Source: Candidatus Magasanikbacteria bacterium RIFOXYD1_FULL_40_23 (lineage in GTDB: Bacteria > Patescibacteriota > Patescibacteriia > Magasanikbacterales > GWA2-37-8). Taken from it: 64,000 bases of DNA. This document shows positions 36,129-46,564 of the stretch, in pieces. Every line of letters begins with the position of its first letter. Position 1 is the stretch's first letter. The notes beneath the pieces were generated by a model, which saw nothing but the letters and a program-made list of their open reading frames with translations, ran no database searches and was not told where the DNA came from. Both the position numbers and the translations under genes were made by a program. Location of the stretch: positions 329,423 through 393,422 of the forward strand of contig MFRA01000005.1 in NCBI GenBank assembly GCA_001783215.1. The letters run 5' to 3'.

Positions 36129-36914
36129 ATGGCTTCTATTACAGCCCACTGTTTGGTAAAAAATGAAGAAAATTTTGTTTATTACACTATAAAATCCGTA
36201 GTTAATTTTGTTGATACCATAATGGTTTTTGATACTGGCTCTACCGATAAAACTGTAGAAATTATAAAAGACCTAGTAAAAGAATATCCAAACAAAATAA
36301 TTTTTGAAGAAAAGGGCGTTGCAGACGGTAAAAGACATACGGAGTTGCGACAAGAAATGCTAGATAGAACAAAGACTGAATGGTTTATGGTGCTTGATGG
36401 CGATGAAGTTTGGACCAAACGAGTAATGGAAGAAGCGCTGGGTGTTATAAAAAGTAAATCTACAGTAGAGGCAATTTTAGCCCCATTTTACTTGTGTGTT
36501 GGCGATATTTATCACCGCACATTTAGAAAAGGTCCAATGAAGATGTTGGGCAGGCAAGATTTTTTTTATCCGAGGTTTATAAAAATTGTAAATGGCGTAC
36601 ATTGGAGCGGGGATTATAATCAAGACACCCTGCTAACAGGCGATAAAAAAGTTTTTTGTGCAGATAACAATTCTGTAATTTTGCAGGAAAAGTATTGGCA
36701 TATGACCCACCTAAAAAGATCTTCGCAAGATGATAACGACTACAGTTCTGGCGGTAATCGTCGCATAAAGAGAAGATTGAGTTATTTTATTATCGGCAGA
36801 AAAATTAACGAACCTGCCCCAGAAGTTTTTGCAGGCAAGGAAGCAGAGCTTAAAATGCCATACCCAATTTCATTTATTAATTTTTTTAAATTATTATTTA
36901 AAATAAGTATTTAG
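36129..36914 (+). CDS. family-2-like glycosyltransferase
   Basis: ITAHCLVKNEENFV ... FDTGSTDKT ... VLDGDE. Confidence 0.5.
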   Translation: MASITAHCLVKNEENFVYYTIKSVVNFVDTIMVFDTGSTDKTVEIIKDLVKEYPNKIIFEEKGVADGKRHTELRQEMLDRTKTEWFMVLDGDEVWTKRVMEEALGVIKSKSTVEAILAPFYLCVGDIYHRTFRKGPMKMLGRQDFFYPRFIKIVNGVHWSGDYNQDTLLTGDKKVFCADNNSVILQEKYWHMTHLKRSSQDDNDYSSGGNRRIKRRLSYFIIGRKINEPAPEVFAGKEAELKMPYPISFINFFKLLFKISI

Positions 36915-36915
36915 T

Positions 36916-37692
36916 ATGACGGAAGAAAATAAATTTGGAGGAGAAAGGTTGGATTCAAAAAGTAGTTTATCCAGAAACGGACTAATGGAACATTTAGCTC
37001 GTTATAATTTTGTGACTGGCGATCAGGGGAGTGAAGTTTTAGATATTGGTTGTGGTTCCGGACATGGTAGTAATAAATTGGCAGCCAAATTTAAAAAAGT
37101 ATATGCGGTAGATGTGTCCGAAGATGCATTGGCTTATGCCAAAGAAAACTGGTCAGCACCAAATATAGAATTTATTGTCGGTTCAGGCACCAGCATTCCG
37201 TTTCCTGATAACTCTTTCGATATCGTGGCTTCGTTTGAAGTGTTTGAACATATAGAAGATTGGAAAAAATTCTTGTCAGAAATAAAAAGAGTATTAAAAA
37301 ATAATGGACGGCTTTTCATGTCTACGCCAAACAGAGATGTGTATTCTCCAGGTAAAAAATTAACTGATAAGCCTAGAAACCCGTTTCATTTTTTTGAAAT
37401 GTCAGTGCCAGAATTCAAGAATGCGCTGGGTGAGTTTTTTACAATTGAAAAGTTTTATGGACAAAGAACTCCTATATATAATGATCGTTGGTTTTGGCCC
37501 GTTTTAAACCCCGTTTTATTTTTATTACAACGTCTGCACATTGTAAGTTATAAGGCTGCTAATACATTTAAATTAAGTATAGTAAATTGGATAAAGCCAG
37601 AATTGGAGTTAAGTGACATTAAATTTTTTGAAGATGAAGCTAATATAAATAAATCAAGGAATATGTTGGCAGTATGTAAAGTAAGTAAGTAA
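36916..37692 (+). CDS. class I SAM-dependent methyltransferase
   Basis: VLDIGCGSGHGS ... FEVFEHIED ... LKNNGRLFMSTPN. Confidence 0.65.
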   Translation: MTEENKFGGERLDSKSSLSRNGLMEHLARYNFVTGDQGSEVLDIGCGSGHGSNKLAAKFKKVYAVDVSEDALAYAKENWSAPNIEFIVGSGTSIPFPDNSFDIVASFEVFEHIEDWKKFLSEIKRVLKNNGRLFMSTPNRDVYSPGKKLTDKPRNPFHFFEMSVPEFKNALGEFFTIEKFYGQRTPIYNDRWFWPVLNPVLFLLQRLHIVSYKAANTFKLSIVNWIKPELELSDIKFFEDEANINKSRNMLAVCKVSK

Positions 37693-37707
37693 TCCTAACC
37701 ACACTAA

Positions 37708-39048
37708 ATGTTAGAAAAAATTCGTGTTGCCTCTCTTGCCAACGATATGGGAATAGGAGGCACCGCCAGACAAGCTGTGTCGATTGATAAGCACCTGAAC
37801 AAGGAATTTTTTGAGCATTTTATAATTTCTTTAAGTTCCCAAGGGGATACAAGGTCTAAATTTGTAGATAGTAAAAAAGTATTTTTTATCTCTGACCCAA
37901 AAGAAATTGCCGATGTGTTGGAAAAAAATAAGGTGAATATTTTGTATGTGCACAGGCATGGCCGAAATGATCCAAGGCACGACGCGATTGCTAAAGAGGT
38001 AAGTAGTGATGTAGAAATTGCAGAGATGAACACCTTTAGTGTAGAAGACAAAGGTTATTTTGGGCAAAGATGTAATAAACATATATTTGTTAGCCAAACC
38101 AATGTTGTAAAGTATTGTGCGCAAAACAATATAAACTTTGATTTCAAAAAACACAAAGTTTTGTATGGGTTAGTTGATTCGGAAAATTTTATCTCTAAAT
38201 CACCCACAGAATCGGAAATAAAAGAATATAAAAATAAGTTCGGTATAAGTGGGCATCCGGTAATGGGTAGGCTGGCCAGGCCAGTTATGGAGAAGTGGGA
38301 CGACCAGATGTTAGTGATGTGGAAAAAACTATCTCAAATAAATCCGCAGACCAAGTTTGTAATTTATGGTGTACCGGAAGAAAAAAAGAAGTTATTACAA
38401 TCTGCCGGCAATTTAGAAAATTTAATAATGCTCGATCCAACTGATTCTGACAAAGAGCTGGCGTTGTTTTATTCAGCCATTGATGTGTTTGTCCACGATA
38501 GCCAAATTGGCGAATGTAATTGCGGAGCGATCGCAGAGGCAATGTTGTTTAAAAAACCTTGCGTTATAATGTCTACACCATTTCCTAAATATATATATGG
38601 GAGAAACCATACCAATGATAATGGTCAGATAGAACAGATTAAAAATGGGGAAAATGGCTATGTAGTTACAAGTGGAACTGCTATGGCTTACGCAGTTGAT
38701 AGTTTGTTTAAAAATCCAGATTTGGCTAAGAAAATGGGAGAGAGGAACGGTAAAGAGTTGTTAGATAGGTATGATGTTTCGGTCGGTATAAAGACTTTGG
38801 AGAAGATTTTTATGGAAATTATGTTAGATAGGGGTATTTCTTTGCCAGAATCTGCGTTAAATTACTATAATTCATTCAAGTTTTATCCAGATGAAAATGA
38901 GGTGAAAAACTGGTTTAAAGAGTACTATTTTAGACTTGACGATGTTTATGGGAAGGAGTATTCTAATTCTGCGCTTGATAAAGCGATTTTGTTTTATTTA
39001 AAATACCATAGAAAATTTAAAACTGTATTAAAAAAGCTAGGAATTTAA
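37708..39048 (+). CDS. family-4-like (GT-B) glycosyltransferase
   Basis: C-terminal GECNCGAIAEAMLFKKPCVIMS ... NGENGYVV resembles the GT1/GT4 EX7E region. Confidence 0.55.
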   Translation: MLEKIRVASLANDMGIGGTARQAVSIDKHLNKEFFEHFIISLSSQGDTRSKFVDSKKVFFISDPKEIADVLEKNKVNILYVHRHGRNDPRHDAIAKEVSSDVEIAEMNTFSVEDKGYFGQRCNKHIFVSQTNVVKYCAQNNINFDFKKHKVLYGLVDSENFISKSPTESEIKEYKNKFGISGHPVMGRLARPVMEKWDDQMLVMWKKLSQINPQTKFVIYGVPEEKKKLLQSAGNLENLIMLDPTDSDKELALFYSAIDVFVHDSQIGECNCGAIAEAMLFKKPCVIMSTPFPKYIYGRNHTNDNGQIEQIKNGENGYVVTSGTAMAYAVDSLFKNPDLAKKMGERNGKELLDRYDVSVGIKTLEKIFMEIMLDRGISLPESALNYYNSFKFYPDENEVKNWFKEYYFRLDDVYGKEYSNSALDKAILFYLKYHRKFKTVLKKLGI

Positions 39049-39084
39049 TAATATTTAAGCATTAATTATTAACTTAATTCATAT

Positions 39085-40005
39085 ATGTCCAAGATTCTTA
39101 TCACAGGTATTGCTGGTTTTATCGGAAGTAACTTAGCAGTTCGTTTATTAGAAGAAGGTCATCAAGTTGTTGGTATAGATGATCTTTCTCACGGTCTTCA
39201 AGAACAAGTTCCGGAAGGTGCTACTTTTATTAAGCAAGATATTAGATCAAGAGATATATATTCCTTATTTGAAGGTGTAGATTATGTTTTTCATCTAGCC
39301 GCTCTTAGCTCTATCCCAGATTGCCAGCGCGATCCAGTAAGTGCTTGTGACGTAAATACAACTGGTACAGTAAATGTATTTGAAGCTAGTGCGAGAGCTG
39401 GTGTGAAAAAAGTTATTTTTGCAGAAACCTCCGCAGTATACGAAGGTATTCAACAATGGCCAACTCCAGAAGCAAATGTCGATCCACACAGTGTTTATGC
39501 TGTAGGCAAAATGGCTGCTCGTCTTTTTGCAAAACCTTATAAAGAATTCCGCAATTTAGATAGTGTTGGTGTACGCTACTTTAATGTTTATGGTCCAAGA
39601 CAAGATTATAGACGCAGTATTCCACCTCTAATGTCTGCATTTATTCTTGCTTTGTTGCGCGGCGAAAAACCAGTTATCTATGGTGATGGAGAAAAGAGAC
39701 GTGATTTTATTTATGTAGACGATGTAAATGACGCTCACCTGTTGCTTATGAAAGACGACAGAGCTAATAATAATATTTATAATATTGGCTCCGGTACAAA
39801 CAACTCTATCAATGAAATTTATAAAATGACCAAGGAGTTGTTGGGAACAGATATTGAGCCAGTTCACAAAGATAATTTAGAGGCCGAAGCTCAAATAACA
39901 TTGGCCGATTGCAGTGCCTTAAAGAATTTGGGATGGCAGCCAAAAATGAGTCTTGAAGAAGGGATTAAAATTCAGCTTGAATATATCAAGAAGCATGTTT
40001 TATAG
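39085..40005 (+). CDS. NAD-dependent nucleotide-sugar epimerase/dehydratase (UDP-hexose 4-epimerase family)
   Basis: ILITGIAGFIGSNL Rossmann motif; YAVGK catalytic YxxxK. Confidence 0.65.
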   Translation: MSKILITGIAGFIGSNLAVRLLEEGHQVVGIDDLSHGLQEQVPEGATFIKQDIRSRDIYSLFEGVDYVFHLAALSSIPDCQRDPVSACDVNTTGTVNVFEASARAGVKKVIFAETSAVYEGIQQWPTPEANVDPHSVYAVGKMAARLFAKPYKEFRNLDSVGVRYFNVYGPRQDYRRSIPPLMSAFILALLRGEKPVIYGDGEKRRDFIYVDDVNDAHLLLMKDDRANNNIYNIGSGTNNSINEIYKMTKELLGTDIEPVHKDNLEAEAQITLADCSALKNLGWQPKMSLEEGIKIQLEYIKKHVL

Positions 40006-40035
40006 AGTTTTAATACTATCTAAAATCAGTTTATA

Positions 40036-40106
40036 GGAGCTAAAGCCCATATATTCTCATTCGTTCGGAAATAATTAAGCAAGTTTAATTATCTCACTCA
40101 CTTATT
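40036..40106 (+). promoter_or_regulatory. conserved hairpin+leader cassette (family B), copy A, ending at the ATG of the GHMP-kinase gene
   Basis: GGAGCTAAAGCCC hairpin + ATATATTCTCATTCGTTC ... CTCACTCACTTATTTTGATTATG. Confidence 0.6.
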
Positions 40107-41099
40107 TTGATTATGATTTTGACAAGAACCCCATTTAGAATTCCTCTTGGTGGAGGAGGTACTGATTTACCATCTTTTTATCAGCAGCATGGTGGTTTTT
40201 TGTTTAGCGCCGCCATAGATAAATACATGTATATTGCCATCAATCGTCCGATTGTGGATCCGCTTGTATACATCAGATATTCACGCACCGAAATTGTAGA
40301 ACATGTATCTCAAATCCAAAATCAATTGGCTCGGGCTGCTCTAGAACAGTATGGCATACAAGATCGCATAGAAATTTCTTCTATGTCTGATGTGCCAGCT
40401 GGTACAGGAATGGGTTCATCCGGTTCTTATTTAGTTGGAATACTAAAAGGTTTGCAAGCTTTAACTCGTAGGGGTTCCAGTGTGCAGGATCTTGCGGAAG
40501 AGGCTTGTCATATTGAGATTGATTTATTGAAGAAACCGGTAGGTAAACAGGATCAGTATCTAGCAGCTTTTGGGGGCTTTACTATAATGGATATAGATAA
40601 AGATGGAAAAGTAAAAGTTTCTAATGCTAATGTAAGCTATGAAACTATAGAAGAGCTTCAGAGTAAGTTAATTTTATTTTATACCGGTATTTCACGAGAT
40701 GCGATGAGTATTTTGGGAGAACAAAGTGCAGCAGCCAAAAAAGAAGAAAGCGATGTTTCCAAATCATTATTGCAAATCAAAGACATTGGCATGGAAATTA
40801 AAAATTCAATTGAACAAGGTAATTTGGATAATTTTGGTAGATTGATGGATGAGCATTGGAGAGTAAAGAAAATGATGTCTAATAAAATGTCTGATCCAAA
40901 GATTGATCGTCTTTATGCGTTAGCCAAAGAAAAAGGCGCTTTGGGTGGAAAAATTATGGGTGCAGGAGGCGGAGGTTTCTTTGTGTTCTATTGCCCTAAT
41001 GATAAAAAAGGAGTGCGCGAAGCAATGAGAGCAGAAGGTTTGAAAGAAATGCCTTTTAGGTTTGAAAACGAAGGCGCAAAAACAATGGTTGATTTTTGA
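40107..41099 (+). CDS. hddA: GHMP-family sugar kinase (D-glycero-D-manno-heptose 7-phosphate kinase-like)
   Basis: GHMP motif PAGTGMGSSGSYLVG; it lies in a cluster with a SIS isomerase, GmhB and a nucleotidyltransferase; TGA stop. Confidence 0.65.
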   Translation: MIMILTRTPFRIPLGGGGTDLPSFYQQHGGFLFSAAIDKYMYIAINRPIVDPLVYIRYSRTEIVEHVSQIQNQLARAALEQYGIQDRIEISSMSDVPAGTGMGSSGSYLVGILKGLQALTRRGSSVQDLAEEACHIEIDLLKKPVGKQDQYLAAFGGFTIMDIDKDGKVKVSNANVSYETIEELQSKLILFYTGISRDAMSILGEQSAAAKKEESDVSKSLLQIKDIGMEIKNSIEQGNLDNFGRLMDEHWRVKKMMSNKMSDPKIDRLYALAKEKGALGGKIMGAGGGGFFVFYCPNDKKGVREAMRAEGLKEMPFRFENEGAKTMVDF

Positions 41100-41158
41100 T
41101 TTAACGAAACCATGTCGGGTAACGACCATTGAAACCTGACGAGAACTCTTCATATTAT

Positions 41159-42472
41159 ATGGGTAAGGATTCAGCAAAAGTAGCCGTAATCGGCTTATGG
41201 CATTTAGGGTGTACTGCTTCTGCCGGTTTGGCCGAAGCGGGTTATGTTGTTACTGGAGTTGATTTTGATAAAAAAATAGTTAATGATTTAGCAGAGCAAA
41301 GTGCGCCACCTCTATTTGAGCCTGGTTTGGTAGATTTGATTAAAAAAAATAAAGATGCTGGTAGGTTAAATTTTACCGCTGATTTTAAAAGCGCCTTACA
41401 GGGAAAGAAGTTCGTAGTTATTGGTTTTGATACCCCAGTAAATGATAATGATTATCCTGATCCAAAGGTGATATATAAAGCGTGCGAAGAAATTGCCAAG
41501 TTTGCCGACGATAATTGTTTTGTTATAATTATGAGTCAGGTGCCAGTTGGCAGTTGCCGCGAGATGAAGAAATTAATTTTAAAACGTAGACCAGGGATGA
41601 AATGTAATATAGTTTATAACCCGGAAAATTTGCAGTTGGGCCAGTCTATAAAAAGATTTTTAGAACCGGACAGAGTAATAATCGGCTTGGAGAATGAATC
41701 CGCGCGTCAGTCAGTAGAAGGTTTTTTTCAAGCAATTGGTGGGCAGAAATTATACATGGATTTAGAAAGCGCAGAGATGGTAAAACATGCTACCAACACT
41801 TTTCTGGCCATGTCTATAAGTTTTATAAATGAAATTGCTGATTTTTGTGAAATTACTGGTGCGGATATACGCAGGGTGGTAGAGGGTCTAAAGGCAGATG
41901 CTAGAATAGGAGCTAGGGCATTTTTAAGTCCGGGAATTGGTTATGCCGGCGGTACTTTAGGTCGTGATATTGCGGTGTTAAGAGATTTGGCAAAATCCAA
42001 AAAATTAAAAACGCACATTATCGGCGCGGTTAGAGAAGTCAACCGCAGTCGTCAAAAAAAGATTATAGAAAAAATAAAAGGCATTATCGGTTCGTTGCGG
42101 AATAAAAAAGTTGCTATTTTGGGACTAACCTATAAACCGGGCACAAGCACTCTGCGTCGTTCCATGTCACTCGAGATAGCGCAAAAATTATTGGCAGTAG
42201 GCGTAAAAATTAAAGCCTATGATCCAAAGATTATTACTCCGATCAAAGGTTTGTCAAAAATGAAAGTGTGCTTGGACCCGTATCAAGCCATTCTTGGCGC
42301 CGATGTAATTTTGTTGGCCACCGATTGGCCGGAATTTAAAGAATTAGATTTTGTCAAAATTAAAAAAATAGCCAATCGGGCTATAGTAGTAGACTGTAAG
42401 AATTTTTTATCGCCCGAAGTTATTAAAAATCATGGCTTTTCGTATTATGGCATAGGCTTTAATTTGGAGTAA
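41159..42472 (+). CDS. UDP-glucose/GDP-mannose dehydrogenase-family nucleotide-sugar dehydrogenase
   Basis: N-terminal VAVIGLWHLGCTASAGLAEAGYVV Rossmann motif; the central helix and C-terminal UDP-binding domain match the family. Confidence 0.7.
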   Translation: MGKDSAKVAVIGLWHLGCTASAGLAEAGYVVTGVDFDKKIVNDLAEQSAPPLFEPGLVDLIKKNKDAGRLNFTADFKSALQGKKFVVIGFDTPVNDNDYPDPKVIYKACEEIAKFADDNCFVIIMSQVPVGSCREMKKLILKRRPGMKCNIVYNPENLQLGQSIKRFLEPDRVIIGLENESARQSVEGFFQAIGGQKLYMDLESAEMVKHATNTFLAMSISFINEIADFCEITGADIRRVVEGLKADARIGARAFLSPGIGYAGGTLGRDIAVLRDLAKSKKLKTHIIGAVREVNRSRQKKIIEKIKGIIGSLRNKKVAILGLTYKPGTSTLRRSMSLEIAQKLLAVGVKIKAYDPKIITPIKGLSKMKVCLDPYQAILGADVILLATDWPEFKELDFVKIKKIANRAIVVDCKNFLSPEVIKNHGFSYYGIGFNLE

Positions 42473-42481
42473 ATTATTTAT

Positions 42482-43339
42482 ATGATTTTAAAAAATAAAG
42501 TAGCTATAGTTACGGGTGGCAGTCGAGGGATTGGCAAAGCCGTAGTAATATCTCTTGCTAAATCTGGCTGCAAAGTTGTGGTTGCTTCTATAATTTCTGA
42601 AGATTTAAAAAATTTGCAAAAAGAGCTTTTGCGCGAAAGTTTTCGTATAGAAATAAAAAAAGTGGATGTTTCTGATTACAGCCAAGTACAAAGAGTAGTA
42701 AAGGCTGTGGTGAAGAAATTCGGTACTGTAGATATTTTGGTAAACGCTGCCGGAATATATGGACCAATTGGATTGTTTAAAGATAACGATATTCAAAAGT
42801 GGGCGCAAACATTGCAAGTAAATTTACTTGGCACTGTTAATTGTGTGCATGCTGTTTTGCCTATAATGATGAAGAAAAAATCTGGTAAAATTATTGATTT
42901 TTCTGGTGGGGGCGCCGTAAATAGTTTCCCTAATTTTTCTGGCTATGCCACCTCCAAAGCTGCAGTAGTTCGTTTTACCGAAACAATTGCTGAAGAGTTA
43001 AAGCCATACAATGTGCAGATTAATGCGATTGCGCCGGGAGCGGTAAACACCAAATTGCTAGATGAATCTTTGGAAGCAGGTAAAAAAGCTGTAGGCGACA
43101 AATTTTATACAAAGATTGTGCAGCAGAAAAAAGAAGGCGGAGACTCGCCTCAGTTGGCGGTGGATTTAATTTTATTCCTTATCTCCGATAAGTCCTTTAA
43201 TCTAACCGGCAAATTGATAAGTGCAAAGTGGGATAATTGGAAAAATTGGAAAAAAGAAGATATTGAGAAATTAAAAAATAATTCGGAATATAATTTGAGA
43301 CGAATTGATAATAAAGATTTCCGAGAAGTAAAAAAGTAA
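42482..43339 (+). CDS. short-chain dehydrogenase/reductase (SDR)
   Basis: VAIVTGGSRGIGKAV; NAAG; YATSKAA catalytic YxxxK. Confidence 0.7.
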   Translation: MILKNKVAIVTGGSRGIGKAVVISLAKSGCKVVVASIISEDLKNLQKELLRESFRIEIKKVDVSDYSQVQRVVKAVVKKFGTVDILVNAAGIYGPIGLFKDNDIQKWAQTLQVNLLGTVNCVHAVLPIMMKKKSGKIIDFSGGGAVNSFPNFSGYATSKAAVVRFTETIAEELKPYNVQINAIAPGAVNTKLLDESLEAGKKAVGDKFYTKIVQQKKEGGDSPQLAVDLILFLISDKSFNLTGKLISAKWDNWKNWKKEDIEKLKNNSEYNLRRIDNKDFREVKK

Positions 43340-43354
43340 TTATCATACTTTATA

Positions 43355-43465
43355 GGGGCTAAAGCCCATATATTCTCATTCACTCAGAAATATCCAGATT
43401 CGGTATTTATAATTCGCAAGCAATTATAAATACCTCACCGGCTATTTCACTCACTCATTTCGAAT
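43355..43465 (+). promoter_or_regulatory. conserved hairpin+leader cassette (family B), copy B
   Basis: GGGGCTAAAGCCC + ATATATTCTCATTCACTC ... TTTCACTCACTCATTTCGAATATG. Confidence 0.65.
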
Positions 43466-44467
43466 ATGAAAGTTGGAATTATTGGCGCGGGGCTTATTGG
43501 GACAAAAAGAGCGGAAGTTATATATAATTTAAAAAAAGACAAACTAGTCTCTGTTTTTGATATTGATTTTAGTAAGAGTGAGCAGCTAACTGCAAAATTC
43601 GGAGGAAAGGCTGTAAAAAGTAAAGACGATATTTTTAAAGATAAAAGCATAGATACAGTAATTATCGCTACCTGGAATAATGTTTTGGCAAAGTTATGTT
43701 TGGAAGCTATAAAAAACAACAAAAATGTTTTGTGCGAAAAACCCCTTGGCATAAATTACGAGGAGGCAAAGAAAATTTATTCGGCGGCAAAAAAGAAAGG
43801 CGTAACACTTAAAGCTGGATTTAATCATCGTTTTCACGGTTCGGTATGGAAAGCGCATCAGCTTGTAAAAAGTGGAGCCATCGGCGATCTTATGTATATG
43901 CGCGCAGTATATGGGCATGGAGGAAGAAAGGGCTATGATTTAGAATGGAGAAGAAATAAAAAAATCTCTGGTGGGGGAGAGCTATTGGAAAAAGGTGTAC
44001 ACTTGCTAGACTTATTCCGCTGGTTTATGGGTGAGTTCAAAGAAGGGGTGGCCTTTTGTGAGAACATGTTTTGGGATAGGACAAAACTAGAGGATAATGC
44101 CTTTTGTACCCTGCGTACACGCGATGGTAAGGTAGCTCAAATGCAGGTAAGTATTACTCAGTGGAAGAACAAGTTTAATATTGACATCTTTGGCAAGAAA
44201 GGCTATGTTAGCGTAGAGGGAAAAGGAGGCAGTTATGGTCCGGAAAAGCTAGTAATCGGCAGAAGAAAAGAGTTGGGAGTTAAGCCAATTGAAGAAGAAT
44301 TTTTGTTTGACAAAGATACTTCTTGGGAAGAGGAATGGAAAAATTTTAGCACAGCTGTGGCAAAAAAGATTGAGCCAATCGGTAGTGGCTATGACGGCAT
44401 GATGACAAATAAATTGGTAGCAGGTTTATACGCTTCGTCTAAAAATAGAAAAATTATTAATTTTTAA
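43466..44467 (+). CDS. Gfo/Idh/MocA-family NAD(P)-dependent oxidoreductase
   Basis: MKVGIIGAGLIG ... EKP ... family layout. Confidence 0.7.
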   Translation: MKVGIIGAGLIGTKRAEVIYNLKKDKLVSVFDIDFSKSEQLTAKFGGKAVKSKDDIFKDKSIDTVIIATWNNVLAKLCLEAIKNNKNVLCEKPLGINYEEAKKIYSAAKKKGVTLKAGFNHRFHGSVWKAHQLVKSGAIGDLMYMRAVYGHGGRKGYDLEWRRNKKISGGGELLEKGVHLLDLFRWFMGEFKEGVAFCENMFWDRTKLEDNAFCTLRTRDGKVAQMQVSITQWKNKFNIDIFGKKGYVSVEGKGGSYGPEKLVIGRRKELGVKPIEEEFLFDKDTSWEEEWKNFSTAVAKKIEPIGSGYDGMMTNKLVAGLYASSKNRKIINF

Positions 44468-44474
44468 TTATATA

Positions 44475-44546
44475 GGCTGCGGCATATATTCTCGTTCGCT
44501 CTGATAAAATTAAAACATTTAATTCTTTCACTCATTCATTTCATAT
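44475..44546 (+). promoter_or_regulatory. conserved hairpin+leader cassette (family B), copy C
   Basis: GGCTGCGGC + ATATATTCTCGTTCGCTC ... TTTCACTCATTCATTTCATATATG. Confidence 0.6.
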
Positions 44547-45116
44547 ATGGACAAACACAGCTATATTGATCAGTATCTAAAAAGAACAGCCCAGATCGCC
44601 AACGAATGTAGTCGCGAAAGTTTGGAAAAGATGGCCAATATTTTAGCTATTACCCGAGAAGTAAAGGGTAGGGTATTTTTTTTGGGCATAGGTGGAGGGG
44701 GAGCATCTACTTCTCACGCTACCAACGATTTTAATAAGATTGCCAAAATTTCTACATTTTGTCTTTCTGATAACGCTGGACTTCTTACTGCTTTAGCAAA
44801 TGATGAGGGTTGGGATTCTATTTTTCAACGACAATTGGAAATGCACCATCTAACCGCCAAAGATTGTTTATTTATTTTTTCAGTAAATGGGGGAACTCTA
44901 AATATTTCTAGCAATTTAGTTAAGGCTATGGAATATGGCAAAGTGATTGGGTCCAGGATTCTGGCTGTAGTGGGCCGATCAACTGGCGTAGCCGCTCAGC
45001 TTGCCGATGCCTGTTTGGTTGTGCCGACTGTGGACGAGTCTATGGTAACTGCACACACCGAAGATTTTCAATTACTTGTTAACCACTTGTTAGTAAATTT
45101 GCTCAAACAGGTATAA
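44547..45116 (+). CDS. gmhA: SIS-domain sugar-phosphate isomerase (phosphoheptose isomerase-like)
   Basis: SIS-domain layout with GIGGGGASTSHATNDF; it lies in the heptose-pathway cluster. Confidence 0.6.
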   Translation: MDKHSYIDQYLKRTAQIANECSRESLEKMANILAITREVKGRVFFLGIGGGGASTSHATNDFNKIAKISTFCLSDNAGLLTALANDEGWDSIFQRQLEMHHLTAKDCLFIFSVNGGTLNISSNLVKAMEYGKVIGSRILAVVGRSTGVAAQLADACLVVPTVDESMVTAHTEDFQLLVNHLLVNLLKQV

Positions 45117-45142
45117 GGGCTAAAGCCCCACTCATTTCGTAT
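45117..45142 (+). promoter_or_regulatory. conserved hairpin+leader cassette (family B), minimal copy D
   Basis: GGGCTAAAGCCCC + ACTCATTTCGTATATG. Confidence 0.5.
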
Positions 45143-45751
45143 ATGTTAAAAAGTCAGTCCGCTAAGACCAAAAAAAATTCTAAGTCCGGCCGCAAGGCCG
45201 TTTTTTTGGATAGAGATGGAACTATTATAAAACAGGTAGAGCTTATGCATTCTGTAGAAGAGTTGCATTTACTGCCTGGTGCAGCCCGTGCAATAAACGC
45301 TTTAAATAAATTAGGTTTTTTGGTAGTTATTGTTACTAATCAGCCAGTAGTGGCACGAGGTATTATAGGGCCAAAAGAAGTGGACCAAATACATGCGGTT
45401 TTAATCGAGCGATTAAATGGCAAGGGGGCTAAAATAGACGGTGTGTATTTTTGCCCACATCACCCGGAAGCTACTATGCCGGAATACCGTTTGCGCTGCC
45501 GCTGCCGCAAGCCGGAGCCGGGAATGATTTTAAAAGGCTTAAAGAAATTAAATATAAATCCGAAAAAAAGTTTCATGATTGGCGATGCCTTGATAGATGT
45601 GGTTTCTGGTAAAAAAGCAGGTGTAAAAACAATTTTGGTAAAAACCGGTCCGGGGCATGCTCGTTTGGATGAAAAATATAAAGATATTAAACCAGATTTT
45701 ACAGTTAAAAATTTGATGCAGGCAGTTAAAGAAATAACAAATAGTATTTAA
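45143..45751 (+). CDS. gmhB: D,D-heptose 1,7-bisphosphate phosphatase (HAD IIIA)
   Basis: HAD motif I FLDRDGT; GmhB-specific zinc loop CPHHPEATMPEYRLRCRCRKPEPGM. Confidence 0.75.
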   Translation: MLKSQSAKTKKNSKSGRKAVFLDRDGTIIKQVELMHSVEELHLLPGAARAINALNKLGFLVVIVTNQPVVARGIIGPKEVDQIHAVLIERLNGKGAKIDGVYFCPHHPEATMPEYRLRCRCRKPEPGMILKGLKKLNINPKKSFMIGDALIDVVSGKKAGVKTILVKTGPGHARLDEKYKDIKPDFTVKNLMQAVKEITNSI

Positions 45752-45755
45752 TATT

Positions 45756-46490
45756 ATGTCTAATATAAAACAAGCGGTTATTCTATGTGCTGGTTTGGGT
45801 ACTCGTTTGCGCCCCCTTACAGATACAATGCCCAAACCAATGATACCAATTTTAGGTAAGCCACTTTTGGAGTGGAATATAGAACAGTTTAAAAAACACG
45901 GAGTTACGGAATTTTTTATAAATCTTTATTATTTGCCGGATGTTATTCGTGATTATTTTGGCGATGGTGCCAAATGGGGAGTGAAGATTAATTATTTTCA
46001 GGAGAAAGATATTTTGGGTACTGCCGGCGGGGTGAAAAATTTCGCCAGTATGTTGGATGATAAGTTTTTTCTAATATACGGAGACATGATTAGTTTGATG
46101 GATTATTCCAAGATGGCCGAAGAGTTTGCCTCTCACCCAGATGCTATCGGTATGCAAAGAATGCAAAAAACCGATAATTATGCAGATGCAGATGTGGCTG
46201 AACTGGGGCCAGACGGCAGTTATCTTAAGATACATGCTAAGCCGCACACAGAGAGTTACCCAAATGCCTATCGTATGAAGGGTATATTTATTTTGCGAAA
46301 AGATATTTTGGAGTATGTTCCAGCTAGTACTTTTTATGAGCTTGGCAAGCAGCTTTTGCCAGACGCGGTAAAGGATGGTAAGAAGTTTTATAGCTATGAA
46401 TGCAAAGAGTATACAAAAGGCATAGATACAATGGAAAAATACCAGGAAGTAGAAGAATATTTGAAAAATAACGAAATTACAGTTTCATAG
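45756..46490 (+). CDS. hddC: sugar-1-phosphate nucleotidylyltransferase (heptose 1-phosphate guanylyltransferase-like)
   Basis: ILCAGLGTRLRPLTDTMPKPMIPILGKPLLEW NTP-transferase signature. Confidence 0.65.
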   Translation: MSNIKQAVILCAGLGTRLRPLTDTMPKPMIPILGKPLLEWNIEQFKKHGVTEFFINLYYLPDVIRDYFGDGAKWGVKINYFQEKDILGTAGGVKNFASMLDDKFFLIYGDMISLMDYSKMAEEFASHPDAIGMQRMQKTDNYADADVAELGPDGSYLKIHAKPHTESYPNAYRMKGIFILRKDILEYVPASTFYELGKQLLPDAVKDGKKFYSYECKEYTKGIDTMEKYQEVEEYLKNNEITVS

Positions 46491-46564
46491 GCCAATTCTT
46501 GACAGTTTTGATTATACAGGTTAGTTTAACCATAATAATTTCAATTTATTATATATAATATACT